64,000 nt of DNA, from contig OX638340.1 in NCBI GenBank assembly GCA_951812955.1, positions 1,408,001-1,472,000 on the forward strand. Reading direction: 5' to 3'. Under the pieces are notes generated by a model. It was not told the origin of the DNA. It made no database searches and worked only from the letters and a program-made list of their open reading frames with translations. The translations under genes were made by a program, and so were the position numbers. This DNA comes from an uncultured Gemmatimonadota bacterium (GTDB lineage: Bacteria; JAAXHH01). This document shows, in pieces, positions 29,315-39,698 of this stretch. Position 1 is the first letter of the stretch. Every line of letters starts with the position of its first letter.

Positions 29315-30136
29315 TTGTACCGCTACCTGGCCGAGATGTCCAAGTATCCGCTGATTACGGCCGATGAGGAAGTACGGCTGGCACGCCTGATCAAGCAGGG
29401 CGACCAGGATGCCCTGGACAAGCTGGTGAAGGCCAATCTCAGGTTCGTTGTCAGCGTGGCCCGGCAGTACCAGAACTACGGCCTGCCCCTGCTGGACATG
29501 ATCAACGAAGGCAACATGGGCCTGATGCGGGCCGCCAAGAAGTTCGACGAGACCAGGGGATACAAGTTTATCTCCTATGCCGTCTGGTGGATACGCCAGG
29601 CCATCATTCAGTCCATAGCCAATCAGTCGAGGACCGTACGCGTTCCCGTCAACCGTTCCGAGGAACTACGCCGAATCAAGCAGACCTCCAAGCATTTGCA
29701 GCACGAACTCGGCCGCAAACCCGAAATCGATGAAATCGCCCAGGAAATGGATATCTCGGTCGAGGAAATCAACGAGGCCCTCAGTTCATTCAGTCACTGC
29801 GTATCCCTCGACGTTCCCTTCAATCACGACGACGACCGCAGCCTCCTCGACCTCCTGCCCGATGAAATGCAGACGGCGCCGGACGAGAACACCATGCTGC
29901 AGTTCCTGAAATCGGACGTCGGCAAGGTACTGGACACCCTTCCGGACCGCGAGTCGGAAGTAATCCGCCTGTACTTCGGCGTAGGGTCGGAAAGAGCCCA
30001 CACGCTCGAGGAAATCGGCATTCGTTTCGGCCTGACGCGGGAACGTATACGCCAGATCAAGGAACGGGCGCTGCAACGCCTGCGCCACGCGACCCGCAGC
30101 GGAAAGCTCAGTCCCTACCTTCGGGACGACGACTGA
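29315..30136 (+). CDS. RNA polymerase sigma-70 family factor (RpoD/SigA-like, compact)
   Basis: Regions 2-4 present (DMINEGNMGLMRAAKKFD; region 4 HTH). 273 aa. Confidence 0.8.
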   Translation: MYRYLAEMSKYPLITADEEVRLARLIKQGDQDALDKLVKANLRFVVSVARQYQNYGLPLLDMINEGNMGLMRAAKKFDETRGYKFISYAVWWIRQAIIQSIANQSRTVRVPVNRSEELRRIKQTSKHLQHELGRKPEIDEIAQEMDISVEEINEALSSFSHCVSLDVPFNHDDDRSLLDLLPDEMQTAPDENTMLQFLKSDVGKVLDTLPDRESEVIRLYFGVGSERAHTLEEIGIRFGLTRERIRQIKERALQRLRHATRSGKLSPYLRDDD

Positions 30137-30163
30137 GCGTGCGTTGCGCTTTGCATACAACAA

Positions 30164-30196
30164 CCCCGGTGCGCCTTCGCATGCCGGGGTTTTTTC
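30164..30196 (+). terminator. rho-independent terminator after the sigma factor gene
   Basis: ccccggtgcgccttcgcatgccgggg hairpin followed by ttttttt. Confidence 0.7.
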
Positions 30197-30335
30197 ATGA
30201 GATACGGGACCTGAACCCGGCCGTTCCGGCGCCAAGAAAAGAGTTGTTCCAGACCGGTAACGTCCTTAAGTTTCATGGTTGGAATATAACCGGAACGAGT
30301 GCGCCCCCAAGGCGCCGAACGAAGGATCAGAGACC

Positions 30336-33323
30336 ATGTTCACCCGGATCAAGAACCTGATCGCCAGTTCTTTCGGGACCAAGCACGACCGGGACGTCAA
30401 GCGGATGGAACCGGTCGTCGAGGCCGTCAATGAATGGGCCGACGAATACCGGACGCTCGACGAGGACCAATTCCCCGAGAAGACGCACGAATTCCGGTCC
30501 AGGTGGGAGGACGGCGAAACGCTGGACGAAATCCTGCCCGAAGCCTTTGGGCTGGTTAAGGAAGCCTGCAGGCGCATGATCGGCAAGTCGTGGGTCGTCC
30601 CCGGCCAGGGTGAGATGGTGTGGGACATGACGCCCTACGACGTGCAGATCATTGGCGGGATCGTGCTCCACGAGGGCAAAATCGCCGAGATGGCGACGGG
30701 AGAGGGCAAGACGCTCGTGGCCCTCTTTCCCATGTATCTCAACGGTCTGACCGGACGCGGCGCCCACCTGGTGACGCACAACGAGTTCCTTGCCAATCGC
30801 GACCGGGCCTGGATGGGACCGGTCTTCGAGTTCCTGGGGCTCACGGTCGAATGTCTCGAGAACAACGATCCCGACATGGACCGCAAGAAGTCCGGCTACC
30901 TGGCGGACGTGACTTACGGGACCACCAATGAGTTCGGTTTCGACTACCTCCGGGACAACATGAAATGGCGCATTGAGGACCGCGTGCAGCGCGGGCACTC
31001 TTACGCGATCGTGGACGAGGTGGATTCCATCCTGATCGACGAAGCGCGCACACCCCTCATCATCGCGGGCCAGGTGAGCGAATCGAACAGCGGGAAATAC
31101 GCCGAATCGCTGCCGGACGTGCAGAAGCTCATACGCGCCCAGACCCGCTTCGCGGCGAAGATCATCGCGGAGGCGGAAGCGCTGCTGGATAACGAGGAAG
31201 ACGACTACAGCGCCGGAATCAGGCTGCTGCAGGCGCAGCGTGGCATGCCGAAGAACAAGAAACTCCTGAAGCTGCAGCAGGAACCCGGCATCAAGAAGCT
31301 CATCCAGCAGGTGGAGGGGGATTATATCCGGGAAAAGCGCATGCCGCAACTGGACGACGATCTTTTCTTCACGGTCGATGAAAAGACCCGCCACACCGAG
31401 GTCAACGAGAAGGGCCGGGAGCTCCTGTCTCCGGGTGAACAGGAACTCTTCATCATACCCGATCTCAGCGAAGGCATCGTGGAAATCGATTCGGACGCGG
31501 ACCTGACCGAACAGCAGAAAATCGACAAGAAGACCGAGCTGGAGAAACTCTACTCCGAGCGCAGCGAACGCATCCACAACATGCACCAGCTGCTCCAGGC
31601 CTACGCGATCTACGAGAAAGACATCGATTACGTCATCGAGAACGGGAAGGTAGTACTGGTCGACACGTTCACAGGCCGTCTGATGTACGGAAGAAGACTG
31701 GCCGAAGGCCTTCACCAGGCTATCGAGGCCAAGGAAGGCGTGAAGATCGAGCAGGAGACGCGCACCGTCGCCTCCATCACCATCCAGAATTACTTCAGAA
31801 TGTACGAGAAGCTGGCGGGGATGACCGGAACGGCCGTCACGGAAGCGAGCGAGTTCTTCGCGATCTACAAGATGGACGTGGTGGAAATTCCGACCAACAA
31901 GCCGGTGCAGCGAACGGACTACCAGGATGTCGTCTTCCGTACCCGTCGGGAAAAGTATAACGCGGTCCTGGACGAAATCGAAGAACTGAACGAGCAACGC
32001 CGTCCTATCCTGATCGGGACGACCTCCGTCGACGCATCGGAGACGCTGAGCCGCATGCTGAAGCGGCGGGGGATAAAGCACAACGTGCTGAACGCCAAGT
32101 TCCACCAGCAGGAGGCCGAGATCATCGCGAAGGCCGGGCAACCCGGCTCCGTGACCATCGCCACGAACATGGCGGGCCGGGGAACCGACATCAAGCTCGG
32201 TACGGGTGTGGTGGATACCGGCGGGCTGCACATCGTCGGGACCGAACGCCATGAAGCCCGGCGAATCGACCGCCAGCTTCGCGGACGCTCCGGACGCCAG
32301 GGTGACCCGGGGTCCTCGCGTTTCTACCTATCGCTGGAGGATGACCTGATGCGGCTCTTCGGCTCCGAGCGCATCGCCTCGGTCATGGACCGTCTGAAGA
32401 TACCGGACGGGGAGGTGATCGAGCACTCCATGGTGACCCGGTCCATCGAACGGGCCCAGAAGCGTGTGGAGGCCCAGCACTTCGACATGCGTAAGCACGT
32501 GCTCGAGTACGACAACGTCATGAACCAGCAGCGCGAAGCCGTGTACGATCGCCGGCTGCACGCCCTGGAGCGGAAAGACCTCAGGAACGACGTGATCGAA
32601 ATGATCCGCGGGGTGGCGGAACGGAAGGTGGAAGAATACACCGATCCCAAGACGTATCCCGAGGACTGGGACCTGGACGGGTTGAGCGGCGACCTCGCCC
32701 GGAACTTCCACGTCGCCGTGGCCGTGGCCGAAGAGGAAATGGCCGATCTGAACGTGGAATCGCTGGTGGAACTGGTCAACGAGAAGATGCTCGAATCCTA
32801 CGAGCGGAAAGAAAAGGCGCTGGCGCCTTCGCCCGAGCTGATGCGCGACCTGGAGCGGTTCGCCACCCTGCACGTCATCGACAACGCCTGGCAGGAGCAC
32901 CTGTACGAAATAGACCGGATGCGGGAGGGCATCGGCCTGCGCGCGTACGGCCAGCTCGATCCCCTGATCCAGTACAAGAAGGAAGCCTACGCCATGTTCG
33001 AGGAGTTGTGGGACCGGCTGGACGAGGAGATCGTCAAGACCGTCTTCAACGCCGAACTTGCCGAGTCCCGCATGCCGCGCCAGGAAACCCCGACCAACAT
33101 GCGGACGATCCACCAGGAAGCACCGGCCATGGCCGGCATGGCCGCGGAAGATCCCGATACGGGCGGCGCCGTCCAGCGGGGTGGAAGGCGCGACGCGGCT
33201 TCGGACGGGAGCTCATCCCGGTCGCGGCCCGTCAAGGCCGAACAGAAGATCGGCCGCAACGCACCCTGTCCATGTGGGAGCGGCAAGAAGTACAAGAAGT
33301 GCTGCGGGGCGGGCATCGCCTGA
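30336..33323 (+). CDS. secA: preprotein translocase ATPase SecA
   Basis: DEAD-like motor domains. C-terminal zinc finger CPCGSGKKYKKCCG. Confidence 0.95.
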   Translation: MFTRIKNLIASSFGTKHDRDVKRMEPVVEAVNEWADEYRTLDEDQFPEKTHEFRSRWEDGETLDEILPEAFGLVKEACRRMIGKSWVVPGQGEMVWDMTPYDVQIIGGIVLHEGKIAEMATGEGKTLVALFPMYLNGLTGRGAHLVTHNEFLANRDRAWMGPVFEFLGLTVECLENNDPDMDRKKSGYLADVTYGTTNEFGFDYLRDNMKWRIEDRVQRGHSYAIVDEVDSILIDEARTPLIIAGQVSESNSGKYAESLPDVQKLIRAQTRFAAKIIAEAEALLDNEEDDYSAGIRLLQAQRGMPKNKKLLKLQQEPGIKKLIQQVEGDYIREKRMPQLDDDLFFTVDEKTRHTEVNEKGRELLSPGEQELFIIPDLSEGIVEIDSDADLTEQQKIDKKTELEKLYSERSERIHNMHQLLQAYAIYEKDIDYVIENGKVVLVDTFTGRLMYGRRLAEGLHQAIEAKEGVKIEQETRTVASITIQNYFRMYEKLAGMTGTAVTEASEFFAIYKMDVVEIPTNKPVQRTDYQDVVFRTRREKYNAVLDEIEELNEQRRPILIGTTSVDASETLSRMLKRRGIKHNVLNAKFHQQEAEIIAKAGQPGSVTIATNMAGRGTDIKLGTGVVDTGGLHIVGTERHEARRIDRQLRGRSGRQGDPGSSRFYLSLEDDLMRLFGSERIASVMDRLKIPDGEVIEHSMVTRSIERAQKRVEAQHFDMRKHVLEYDNVMNQQREAVYDRRLHALERKDLRNDVIEMIRGVAERKVEEYTDPKTYPEDWDLDGLSGDLARNFHVAVAVAEEEMADLNVESLVELVNEKMLESYERKEKALAPSPELMRDLERFATLHVIDNAWQEHLYEIDRMREGIGLRAYGQLDPLIQYKKEAYAMFEELWDRLDEEIVKTVFNAELAESRMPRQETPTNMRTIHQEAPAMAGMAAEDPDTGGAVQRGGRRDAASDGSSSRSRPVKAEQKIGRNAPCPCGSGKKYKKCCGAGIA

Positions 33324-33482
33324 GGTGCTCTGACCAAAGCCGTCCGTAGCCCAGATCGCACCTGTCAGATCGCACCTGCCCGGCCATACCTGTCGGACCA
33401 AAGCCGTCCGTAGCCCCGACTGCCACATATCCCCTCAATCGCATCTGCCCGAACGCACCTGCCGGTTTACCGGGATGCCGGC
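33324..33482. repeat. degenerate short repeat array in secA/lolD convergent spacer
   Basis: gaccaaagccgtccgtagccc occurs twice (33333.., 33397..). About five copies of a ~14-bp (g/a)atcgcacctg(t/c)c-like unit. Confidence 0.7.
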
Positions 33483-34259
33483 CTATTCCTCCTCGGCGCC
33501 GATCTGGCCCAGATCCAGGTCCAATTCCTCGCGGCGCTGGTTCTTGGTGATCCTTCCGTCCTGTACCCACAGGATACGGTCCGAGACGTCCAGCATCTTC
33601 AGATCGTGGGTAGCGGAAATGATCGTGACCTGTTTTTCCTGGTTCAGTTCCCGTAACAATTCGATGATCTCCCGGCCCGTCTTGCGATCCAGGTTCCCCG
33701 TGGGCTCGTCCGCGAGGACGATGGCCGGATCGTTGGCCAGGGCGCGGGCCACGGCAACGCGCTGCTGCTGGCCGCCTGACAGTTCCAGCGGCTTGTGCTG
33801 GACCCGTTCTCCGAGGCCCACCAGCGACAGCAGGTCGACGCCCTTGTCGATCGCCTCGTCCGTCGCCAGGCCAGCGAAAATCATCGGCAGGGTGACGTTT
33901 TCGAGGGCGGTCATGACCGGAATCAGGTTAAAGGTCTGGAAGATGTAACCGATCTTGCGGCACCGCAGCCAGGCCAGTTCATAGGCGTCCAGCTGGGCGA
34001 CGTCGACCTCGTCGATATAGACCTTGCCCTCTGTGGGCTTGTCCAGTGCGCCGATCATGTTGAACAGAGTGGACTTACCCGAACCGGACGGACCCATGAT
34101 GGAGATGTACTCCCCGCGCTGCACCTCCATATCGATGCCTTTGAGCGCTTCCAGCGAAAGCTTGCCCATTTCATACACACGCTTTACGCCCCGCGTGCGT
34201 ACGATATTCTGTGTTGCGGTGTACTGCGCGTCCACTACCGCGGTCTGCTCTTCTGTCAT
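33483..34259 (-). CDS. ABC transporter ATP-binding protein (LolD/MacB-type)
   Basis: Walker A GPSGSGKST. Signature LSGGQQQRV. Walker B ILADEPT. Confidence 0.85.
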   Translation of the reverse strand: MTEEQTAVVDAQYTATQNIVRTRGVKRVYEMGKLSLEALKGIDMEVQRGEYISIMGPSGSGKSTLFNMIGALDKPTEGKVYIDEVDVAQLDAYELAWLRCRKIGYIFQTFNLIPVMTALENVTLPMIFAGLATDEAIDKGVDLLSLVGLGERVQHKPLELSGGQQQRVAVARALANDPAIVLADEPTGNLDRKTGREIIELLRELNQEKQVTIISATHDLKMLDVSDRILWVQDGRITKNQRREELDLDLGQIGAEEE

Positions 34260-34329
34260 TTCCCGCCCCTTTCAGGTTGCTTTCAAACTGCTTACGATCC
34301 TGCATGGTATTCCGGGTGTGTTCCGAGTG

Positions 34330-34992
34330 TCAGACCTCCGTGCGCATGGCGTCGGCCGGAGGCATCTGGGATGCCCGGTACGCGGGGTACAGCGCTCCGA
34401 TGATGGCGAGACCCAGCCCGGCCCCCAACGAATACAGGCCACTCCACGCCACATCCGCCACGGGAAAGAGCACCAGAGGGTCCCATCCGTAGGAGGTCAT
34501 CATCGAAATCAGCATGAAAAGGCAACCCAGTATGACCCCGCCCACCGATCCGACCAGTCCCTGGAAGGTGGACTCCAGCACGAACAGCTGAATGATGAAC
34601 TTGTCCAGGGCCCCAAGGCATTTCATGGTCCCGATCTCACGGTATCTTTCGGTCACCGACATCAGCATGGCGTTCGTGATGCCGACGACGCACACCAGCA
34701 GCGAGAGGGAAACGAGCCATACCTGCTGAGTCGCCGAATCGCCGTCCGCACCTTTCTGTTCCAGCAGTGCGCGGACCTGGGGGGAACCGCTATCCACCAG
34801 CGCTTCATTGATGGATGCTCCAGTCAGAATGGACATGAGAAAGGCGATGCCGAAAAAGATCCCACCGATCGTGATAAGCGACCGCCAGAACCTTATCTTC
34901 AGGCTGCGGAAACTGATCTCGATCGCCTTGGACAAGGGCAGTGATATTTGTTTCTCCGTCGTTCCGGCCGTCGCGGCCGATTCCGTCGTCAT
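34330..34992 (-). CDS. FtsX-family ABC transporter permease (short form)
   Basis: Four TM helices. FtsX-like C-terminal block. Confidence 0.7.
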   Translation of the reverse strand: MTTESAATAGTTEKQISLPLSKAIEISFRSLKIRFWRSLITIGGIFFGIAFLMSILTGASINEALVDSGSPQVRALLEQKGADGDSATQQVWLVSLSLLVCVVGITNAMLMSVTERYREIGTMKCLGALDKFIIQLFVLESTFQGLVGSVGGVILGCLFMLISMMTSYGWDPLVLFPVADVAWSGLYSLGAGLGLAIIGALYPAYRASQMPPADAMRTEV

Positions 34993-35384
34993 GCGTTTCT
35001 ATCTCCTTTTCTGTTTGCCACGGCCAGTCCGATCAAGCCCTTCTCCGTGAGTTGTTTCAGGTACGTCAGCGTGGAGACTTCCGCTTCCTTGCGTTCCAGT
35101 TTGTATTCGGTCCGGATTGTAGATATGACGTGGTCCACCGTATTCTGCCCATCGCAGAGCCCCCAGAGGAAGGACCCAATGCGGTCCAACACAACCGTTC
35201 GCCGGCTCGGTACGTAAAAAAACCGGGACATGCTGTTGATCCACCAGGTCTTTCTCCTCGGGATCCCCAGTACGATTTCCCCGTCGGAGTTTTCTTCGCA
35301 GGTCAGTCTTTCGTTGCGTACCGGCTTTGCGCGCAACAAATCCCTGCGGGGCAAAGGGGACTGTTTCTTACGAAAGAACTGCAT
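34989..35384 (-). CDS. PqqD-family (RiPP recognition element-like) protein
   Basis: SFLWGLCDGQNTVDHVISTIRTEYKLERKEAEVSTLTYLKQLTEKGLIGL matches PqqD-like wHTH. Confidence 0.6.
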   Translation of the reverse strand: MQFFRKKQSPLPRRDLLRAKPVRNERLTCEENSDGEIVLGIPRRKTWWINSMSRFFYVPSRRTVVLDRIGSFLWGLCDGQNTVDHVISTIRTEYKLERKEAEVSTLTYLKQLTEKGLIGLAVANRKGDRNA

Positions 35385-35443
35385 GGTTATGACCCGTGGG
35401 AAAGATCCCGGCAATGAACTAGGGATGCGCACATCCCGTGATA

Positions 35444-36388
35444 TCAATGGCAAATCACCGTGCCAGCTATACCGTCCAGGTAATCGGGCCGGAGCTTCTC
35501 GTCCAGGTGCCGCAACACGAATATCTTATTGCCATCGATACAATGCCAGCTGCAACAACTCAATGGTTTTTTTCGGGACCGCCGCCACGGCAGCCAGGTC
35601 ATGCGAGTGTGCACCGTCTCGGGATCCACGCCTTCGCCCGTTCCCCGGATGGACGGATGGCCGTGATAGGATCCGGCTCCGTCAGTCCAGTGGTCGATCT
35701 CGTTTCCGTAAGTGGCCTGGAACCAATCCGGGAAGGTACGGTTCTCCAGATGCATTTCGGCGAGGCTCATCCTCACCAGTTCCAATCTGGCGCTACCGAG
35801 CTGGAAAGTCAACTCGATACGGCCCGTCAGAAAGGAATGCTGCACGAGTGCGTAGTCGGACGGGAGCTCTATGTGCAGCCCGTAAACCGCCCAGGTGGCG
35901 TTGTCGCCGCGCGCGTGGTCGTCCAGGGTATTCAGCAACCTCGAGGCCCGGGTCATCATGGATTCTCCCCCGCGCCCGAGGACCTGGGCGAAGACCGTGC
36001 GCCCGCAGGTTTCGCACATCCACAGGCAACCATAGGCCTGCAAGGGATCCGGCCCTTCCGTCCGCCAGTGGAACCCCTCCACCGTCCTGTCCGCCAGCGC
36101 GGACTCCGCCTTGATGAGCCCCAGGTCCCGCCGGACCTTCACGGGAGGCCCCTTCTTTCCGGCCTTTCCCGTGATGTTCTTAAGATATCTCGAGACAACC
36201 TGGTCGACGGGTTCCCGCCCCCGGGTGCGCTCCCACCTCAGTTCGAAACGCGGCATTTCCGTATCGTCGAGCCGCAGGTAACCCGATGAATGATCTCCCG
36301 TTACCGCGCCGATGCTCCAATCTTCCGGCCGCTCGAACGACAGGTGATGCCAGCCGGTGACCGCCCATTTCGATGCGACTCGATTCAT
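35444..36388 (-). CDS. hypothetical Cys-rich protein
   Basis: ~315 aa. CLWMCETCG and SCCSWHC motifs. Start taken at MNRVASKW to avoid overlap with pgsA-like gene. Confidence 0.4.
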   Translation of the reverse strand: MNRVASKWAVTGWHHLSFERPEDWSIGAVTGDHSSGYLRLDDTEMPRFELRWERTRGREPVDQVVSRYLKNITGKAGKKGPPVKVRRDLGLIKAESALADRTVEGFHWRTEGPDPLQAYGCLWMCETCGRTVFAQVLGRGGESMMTRASRLLNTLDDHARGDNATWAVYGLHIELPSDYALVQHSFLTGRIELTFQLGSARLELVRMSLAEMHLENRTFPDWFQATYGNEIDHWTDGAGSYHGHPSIRGTGEGVDPETVHTRMTWLPWRRSRKKPLSCCSWHCIDGNKIFVLRHLDEKLRPDYLDGIAGTVICH

Positions 36389-36951
36389 GTGTACGAACGC
36401 TCCCGGATGAGCCGCGCGAAACCAAGGACGTAATGGATGCCCGACCCGGCGACGCAGCAGAGGGCTGCCCAGAGCGCCCACGCTCCGTAGGGCTGCCAGT
36501 CCACGGCATAAAGAATGAGGGCGCTGCCCATGGCCAGCGTGGTCAATTTGCCGATCCGGTCGGCCGGCAGGACCACGTTGCCCGGTCTGAAGTAAAGATA
36601 CGCGCCCGCGCCCAGAATGGACAGGTCGCGGGCGATGATCAACGCGGCCGCCCACAGTGGGAAGTCCCGATACAGCACCAGGAAGACCGACAGGCTACCG
36701 ACCAGGATCTTGTCGGCCAGCGGGTCGAGGACAAGCCCCCATTTGCTTTCCCAGCGGAAGCGGCGCGCCAGGAAACCATCGGCCGCGTCCGTCAGAAAGG
36801 CGCAGCCGATGAGCGCGTAGAGAGCCAACTGCGCATCCCCTGCGAAACCCCAGTAAATGAACGGAACAGCGGCTATGCGTGAGAGGGACAGGATGTTTGG
36901 CGGCGACCAGAACCCTCGCGCCCTTCCGCTCCGTCCGGTATTCGGGCTCAT
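36385..36951 (-). CDS. CDP-alcohol phosphatidyltransferase
   Basis: DGxxAR...GxxxDxxxD motif (DAADGFLARRFRWESKWGLVLDPLADK). Confidence 0.8.
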   Translation of the reverse strand: MSPNTGRSGRARGFWSPPNILSLSRIAAVPFIYWGFAGDAQLALYALIGCAFLTDAADGFLARRFRWESKWGLVLDPLADKILVGSLSVFLVLYRDFPLWAAALIIARDLSILGAGAYLYFRPGNVVLPADRIGKLTTLAMGSALILYAVDWQPYGAWALWAALCCVAGSGIHYVLGFARLIRERSYT

Positions 36952-36970
36952 GCCGCCGTCCTTCGCGAGC

Positions 36971-38689
36971 TCACACGGCCGCCGTGCGCCGAAGCATCTC
37001 GCGTGCGTGCGAGATGGCCATGGCGTCCACTGTCTCCCCGGCCAGCATGCGCGCGATCTCCCGGATCCTGCCGTCCTCGTCCAGATGATCGACCAGCGTG
37101 ACCGACCGGCCGCGAGCCGACTGCTTGTGCACGGTAAAATGCGTACGGCCCCAGCAGGCCACCTGGTGGAGATGGGTGATGCAAAGCACCTGGTGGTCCC
37201 GGGACAGCAGCTTTAACCGGTGCCCGACCGATTCGGCGATGCGTCCACCGATGCCGATGTCCAACTCGTCGAATACCAGCGTCGGCATTCGGTCCGATTC
37301 GGCCAGAATCACCTTGAGCGCCAGCATGATGCGCGAGATCTCCCCGCCGGACGCGATGTTCGCCAACGGTTTCAGGTCCTCGCCGGAATTGGGCGATATC
37401 AGGAATTCGATCCGATCTATCCCGTGGGCGTCGACGCTGTAGCCGCGCCCGTCGATCCGCAAGGGACCTTCTTCGGCTTCCCGCCATTCGATACCGACAC
37501 GGAATCCCGTCTTCTCCATGCCCAGTTCCGCCAGTTCCGCAATCACCCTTTTCTCCAGCCTGCTCGCCACCTGTTTACGCCGGTCCGACAGGGTTTTCGC
37601 CCGTTCGGCCAGTTCTTCGCGGGCCGCTTCCACCTCCGAGCGCAAACTGCTTCGATGCTCGCCGGCCGTGTCCATCTGTTCCAGTTCTCCGGCGATACGG
37701 CCACGGTAGGCCAGGACTTCCTCGATCGTGGCGCCGTACTTGCGTTTGAGCCGACCGAGAAGGTCAAGGCGGTCCAATACCTCTTCCAGGCGCGCCGGGT
37801 TGTAGTCCACGCGGTCGCGGTAGCGCCGAAGGAAGTCGGCACAGTCGTCTAGATGGTAGCGCGCGCTCCGAATACCCTCGAGGGCCTCGCCGAGTGCGGG
37901 GTCTATGCGCTCCGCTTCCTCCAGCGAACGGATGACCCGGACCAATCCGTCGACCAGGGCGCCTTCCCCTTCAGAGAGCGCCTCGGAAGCGTCGGATGCG
38001 ATCTGGACCAACTGTTCAGCGTGCTCGAGGACGGACCGCTCCCTTTCGAGTTCTTCGTCTTCTCCCGGGGACAATTCAGCCTGGTCGAGCTCTTCCAGCT
38101 GAAAGCGGTAGAGATCTTCCCTTTCCCGGGTGGCGGCGAGACTGTCTTCCATCCGCCGCAGGGCTTCCGACCGCTCGGTGAAAAGGTGGTAGGCCTCGGC
38201 GACCCGTTGCTTCGGCGCTCGGACGTCCTCGTAACCGTCCAGAAAGTCCCGGTGCGTCCGCGGATTCAGCAGCGACTGGTGATCGTGCTGTCCGTGCAGA
38301 TCCACCAGCAGGACGCCCAGTTTCCTGAGAACGGAAACGGTGACCAGGCTGCCGTTTATCGTGCACCGGTTGCGGCCGTCGCGGGCCACCTCCCGTCGGA
38401 TGATCAGCATGCCTTCTTCCGGGTCCACGCCGATTTCCACCAGCAGGGCCTGCAACTGCGCGTCGTGCTCCCCTTCGAACAGCCCCTCGACGATGGCGGT
38501 CCGTGTGCCGCCGCGTATGGACTCGGACGCGGCCCTGTCGCCCAGAATGAGGCCCAGCGCGCCGATCAGGATGGACTTGCCGGATCCGGTTTCACCCGTG
38601 AGCACGTTCAGTCCGGAGGTGAACTCGATGTCCACCTCGTCCAGCAGCGCGTAGTTTCTGACCCTCAAGTTCGCGAGCATAGGCTGCAA
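36971..38689 (-). CDS. recN: DNA repair protein RecN
   Basis: SMC-like N-terminal Walker A GETGSGKS, coiled coil, C-terminal signature and Walker B. Confidence 0.9.
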   Translation of the reverse strand: MQPMLANLRVRNYALLDEVDIEFTSGLNVLTGETGSGKSILIGALGLILGDRAASESIRGGTRTAIVEGLFEGEHDAQLQALLVEIGVDPEEGMLIIRREVARDGRNRCTINGSLVTVSVLRKLGVLLVDLHGQHDHQSLLNPRTHRDFLDGYEDVRAPKQRVAEAYHLFTERSEALRRMEDSLAATREREDLYRFQLEELDQAELSPGEDEELERERSVLEHAEQLVQIASDASEALSEGEGALVDGLVRVIRSLEEAERIDPALGEALEGIRSARYHLDDCADFLRRYRDRVDYNPARLEEVLDRLDLLGRLKRKYGATIEEVLAYRGRIAGELEQMDTAGEHRSSLRSEVEAAREELAERAKTLSDRRKQVASRLEKRVIAELAELGMEKTGFRVGIEWREAEEGPLRIDGRGYSVDAHGIDRIEFLISPNSGEDLKPLANIASGGEISRIMLALKVILAESDRMPTLVFDELDIGIGGRIAESVGHRLKLLSRDHQVLCITHLHQVACWGRTHFTVHKQSARGRSVTLVDHLDEDGRIREIARMLAGETVDAMAISHAREMLRRTAAV

Positions 38690-38810
38690 AATGAACGGCG
38701 AGACCGGGTGGGACCGAACGGGCCGGATGGACCGTGCAGAACCGGACGGGACCAGGCGCGGCCGGGTGCCGCCGGACGCGGCCGGGAAGGCCCGCTGATT
38801 CCCGGGGTCT

Positions 38811-39698
38811 TCAGCGTTCTCCCCATTTCAGTTTCGTACGCAGGACGTCGTAAAAGGACCGATCCGAAAAACGGATCAGGTGTATGGTGTGGTCCGCCCG
38901 GTAAAGCTCGACGGTGCTGCCCGGCTGGATGACCACGTTTTCCTGGCCGTCCACGGTGAGCAGGAGATCAGGATGATCGGCCGTGACTTCGATCCGTACG
39001 CGGTCCCGCGCCGCGAGCACCATGGCCCGGTTGGACAGGGTGTGCGGACAGATGGGCGATACGACGATCGCTTCCATACCGGGCGCCAGAATCGGCCCGC
39101 CCGCCGCCAGCGAATAGGCCGTGGACCCGGTCGGCGTCGATACGATGAGCCCGTCCGCCATGACGTCGTTGACGTATTCGTCGTTGACGTAGATGCCCAG
39201 TTCGATGACCCGGCATATTGATCCCTTGTCGATCACGATATCGTTCAATGCCGAAAACACGCCGGCCGCCGCCGCGTCCCCCGGGGTTCCGTTACCGATC
39301 CGACCTTGCAGGACCAGCCGCTTGTCCAGCGAGTATTGCCCGTCGAATACCTGTTCGATGGCTTCGTCCAGTTCGCCGGGCGTCGTCTGCATCATGAAAC
39401 CGAGCTTACCGGAATTGACGCCGAGAATGGGCGTTCCGGAAGCGCCGACCAGACGGGCGGTCTTGAGCAGCGTACCGTCCCCGCCTATGGCGATGACCCA
39501 GTCGACGTCCTTCACGGCGAGTTCGTCCGAATCGACGATCACGCACGCCCGGCGGCCGGTCTCATCTCTGACCATGGCCGCAAGGCCGGCCGCGAGCGAT
39601 GGTTTTCCGGACCGTGACGAGAGCAGCCGCACAAGCTCGGGGATCAGGTGGCTGACCACGGGGCGGGCCGGATTGGCGATGATGCCCACGCGATGCAT
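38811..39698 (-). CDS. nadK: NAD kinase
   Basis: GGDGT motif. NE/D short motif. Confidence 0.85.
   Translation of the reverse strand: MHRVGIIANPARPVVSHLIPELVRLLSSRSGKPSLAAGLAAMVRDETGRRACVIVDSDELAVKDVDWVIAIGGDGTLLKTARLVGASGTPILGVNSGKLGFMMQTTPGELDEAIEQVFDGQYSLDKRLVLQGRIGNGTPGDAAAAGVFSALNDIVIDKGSICRVIELGIYVNDEYVNDVMADGLIVSTPTGSTAYSLAAGGPILAPGMEAIVVSPICPHTLSNRAMVLAARDRVRIEVTADHPDLLLTVDGQENVVIQPGSTVELYRADHTIHLIRFSDRSFYDVLRTKLKWGER

Noticed and set aside
30327-32252. 641-aa ORF antisense to secA
   Set aside because: Antisense artefact of GC-rich secA coding sequence.
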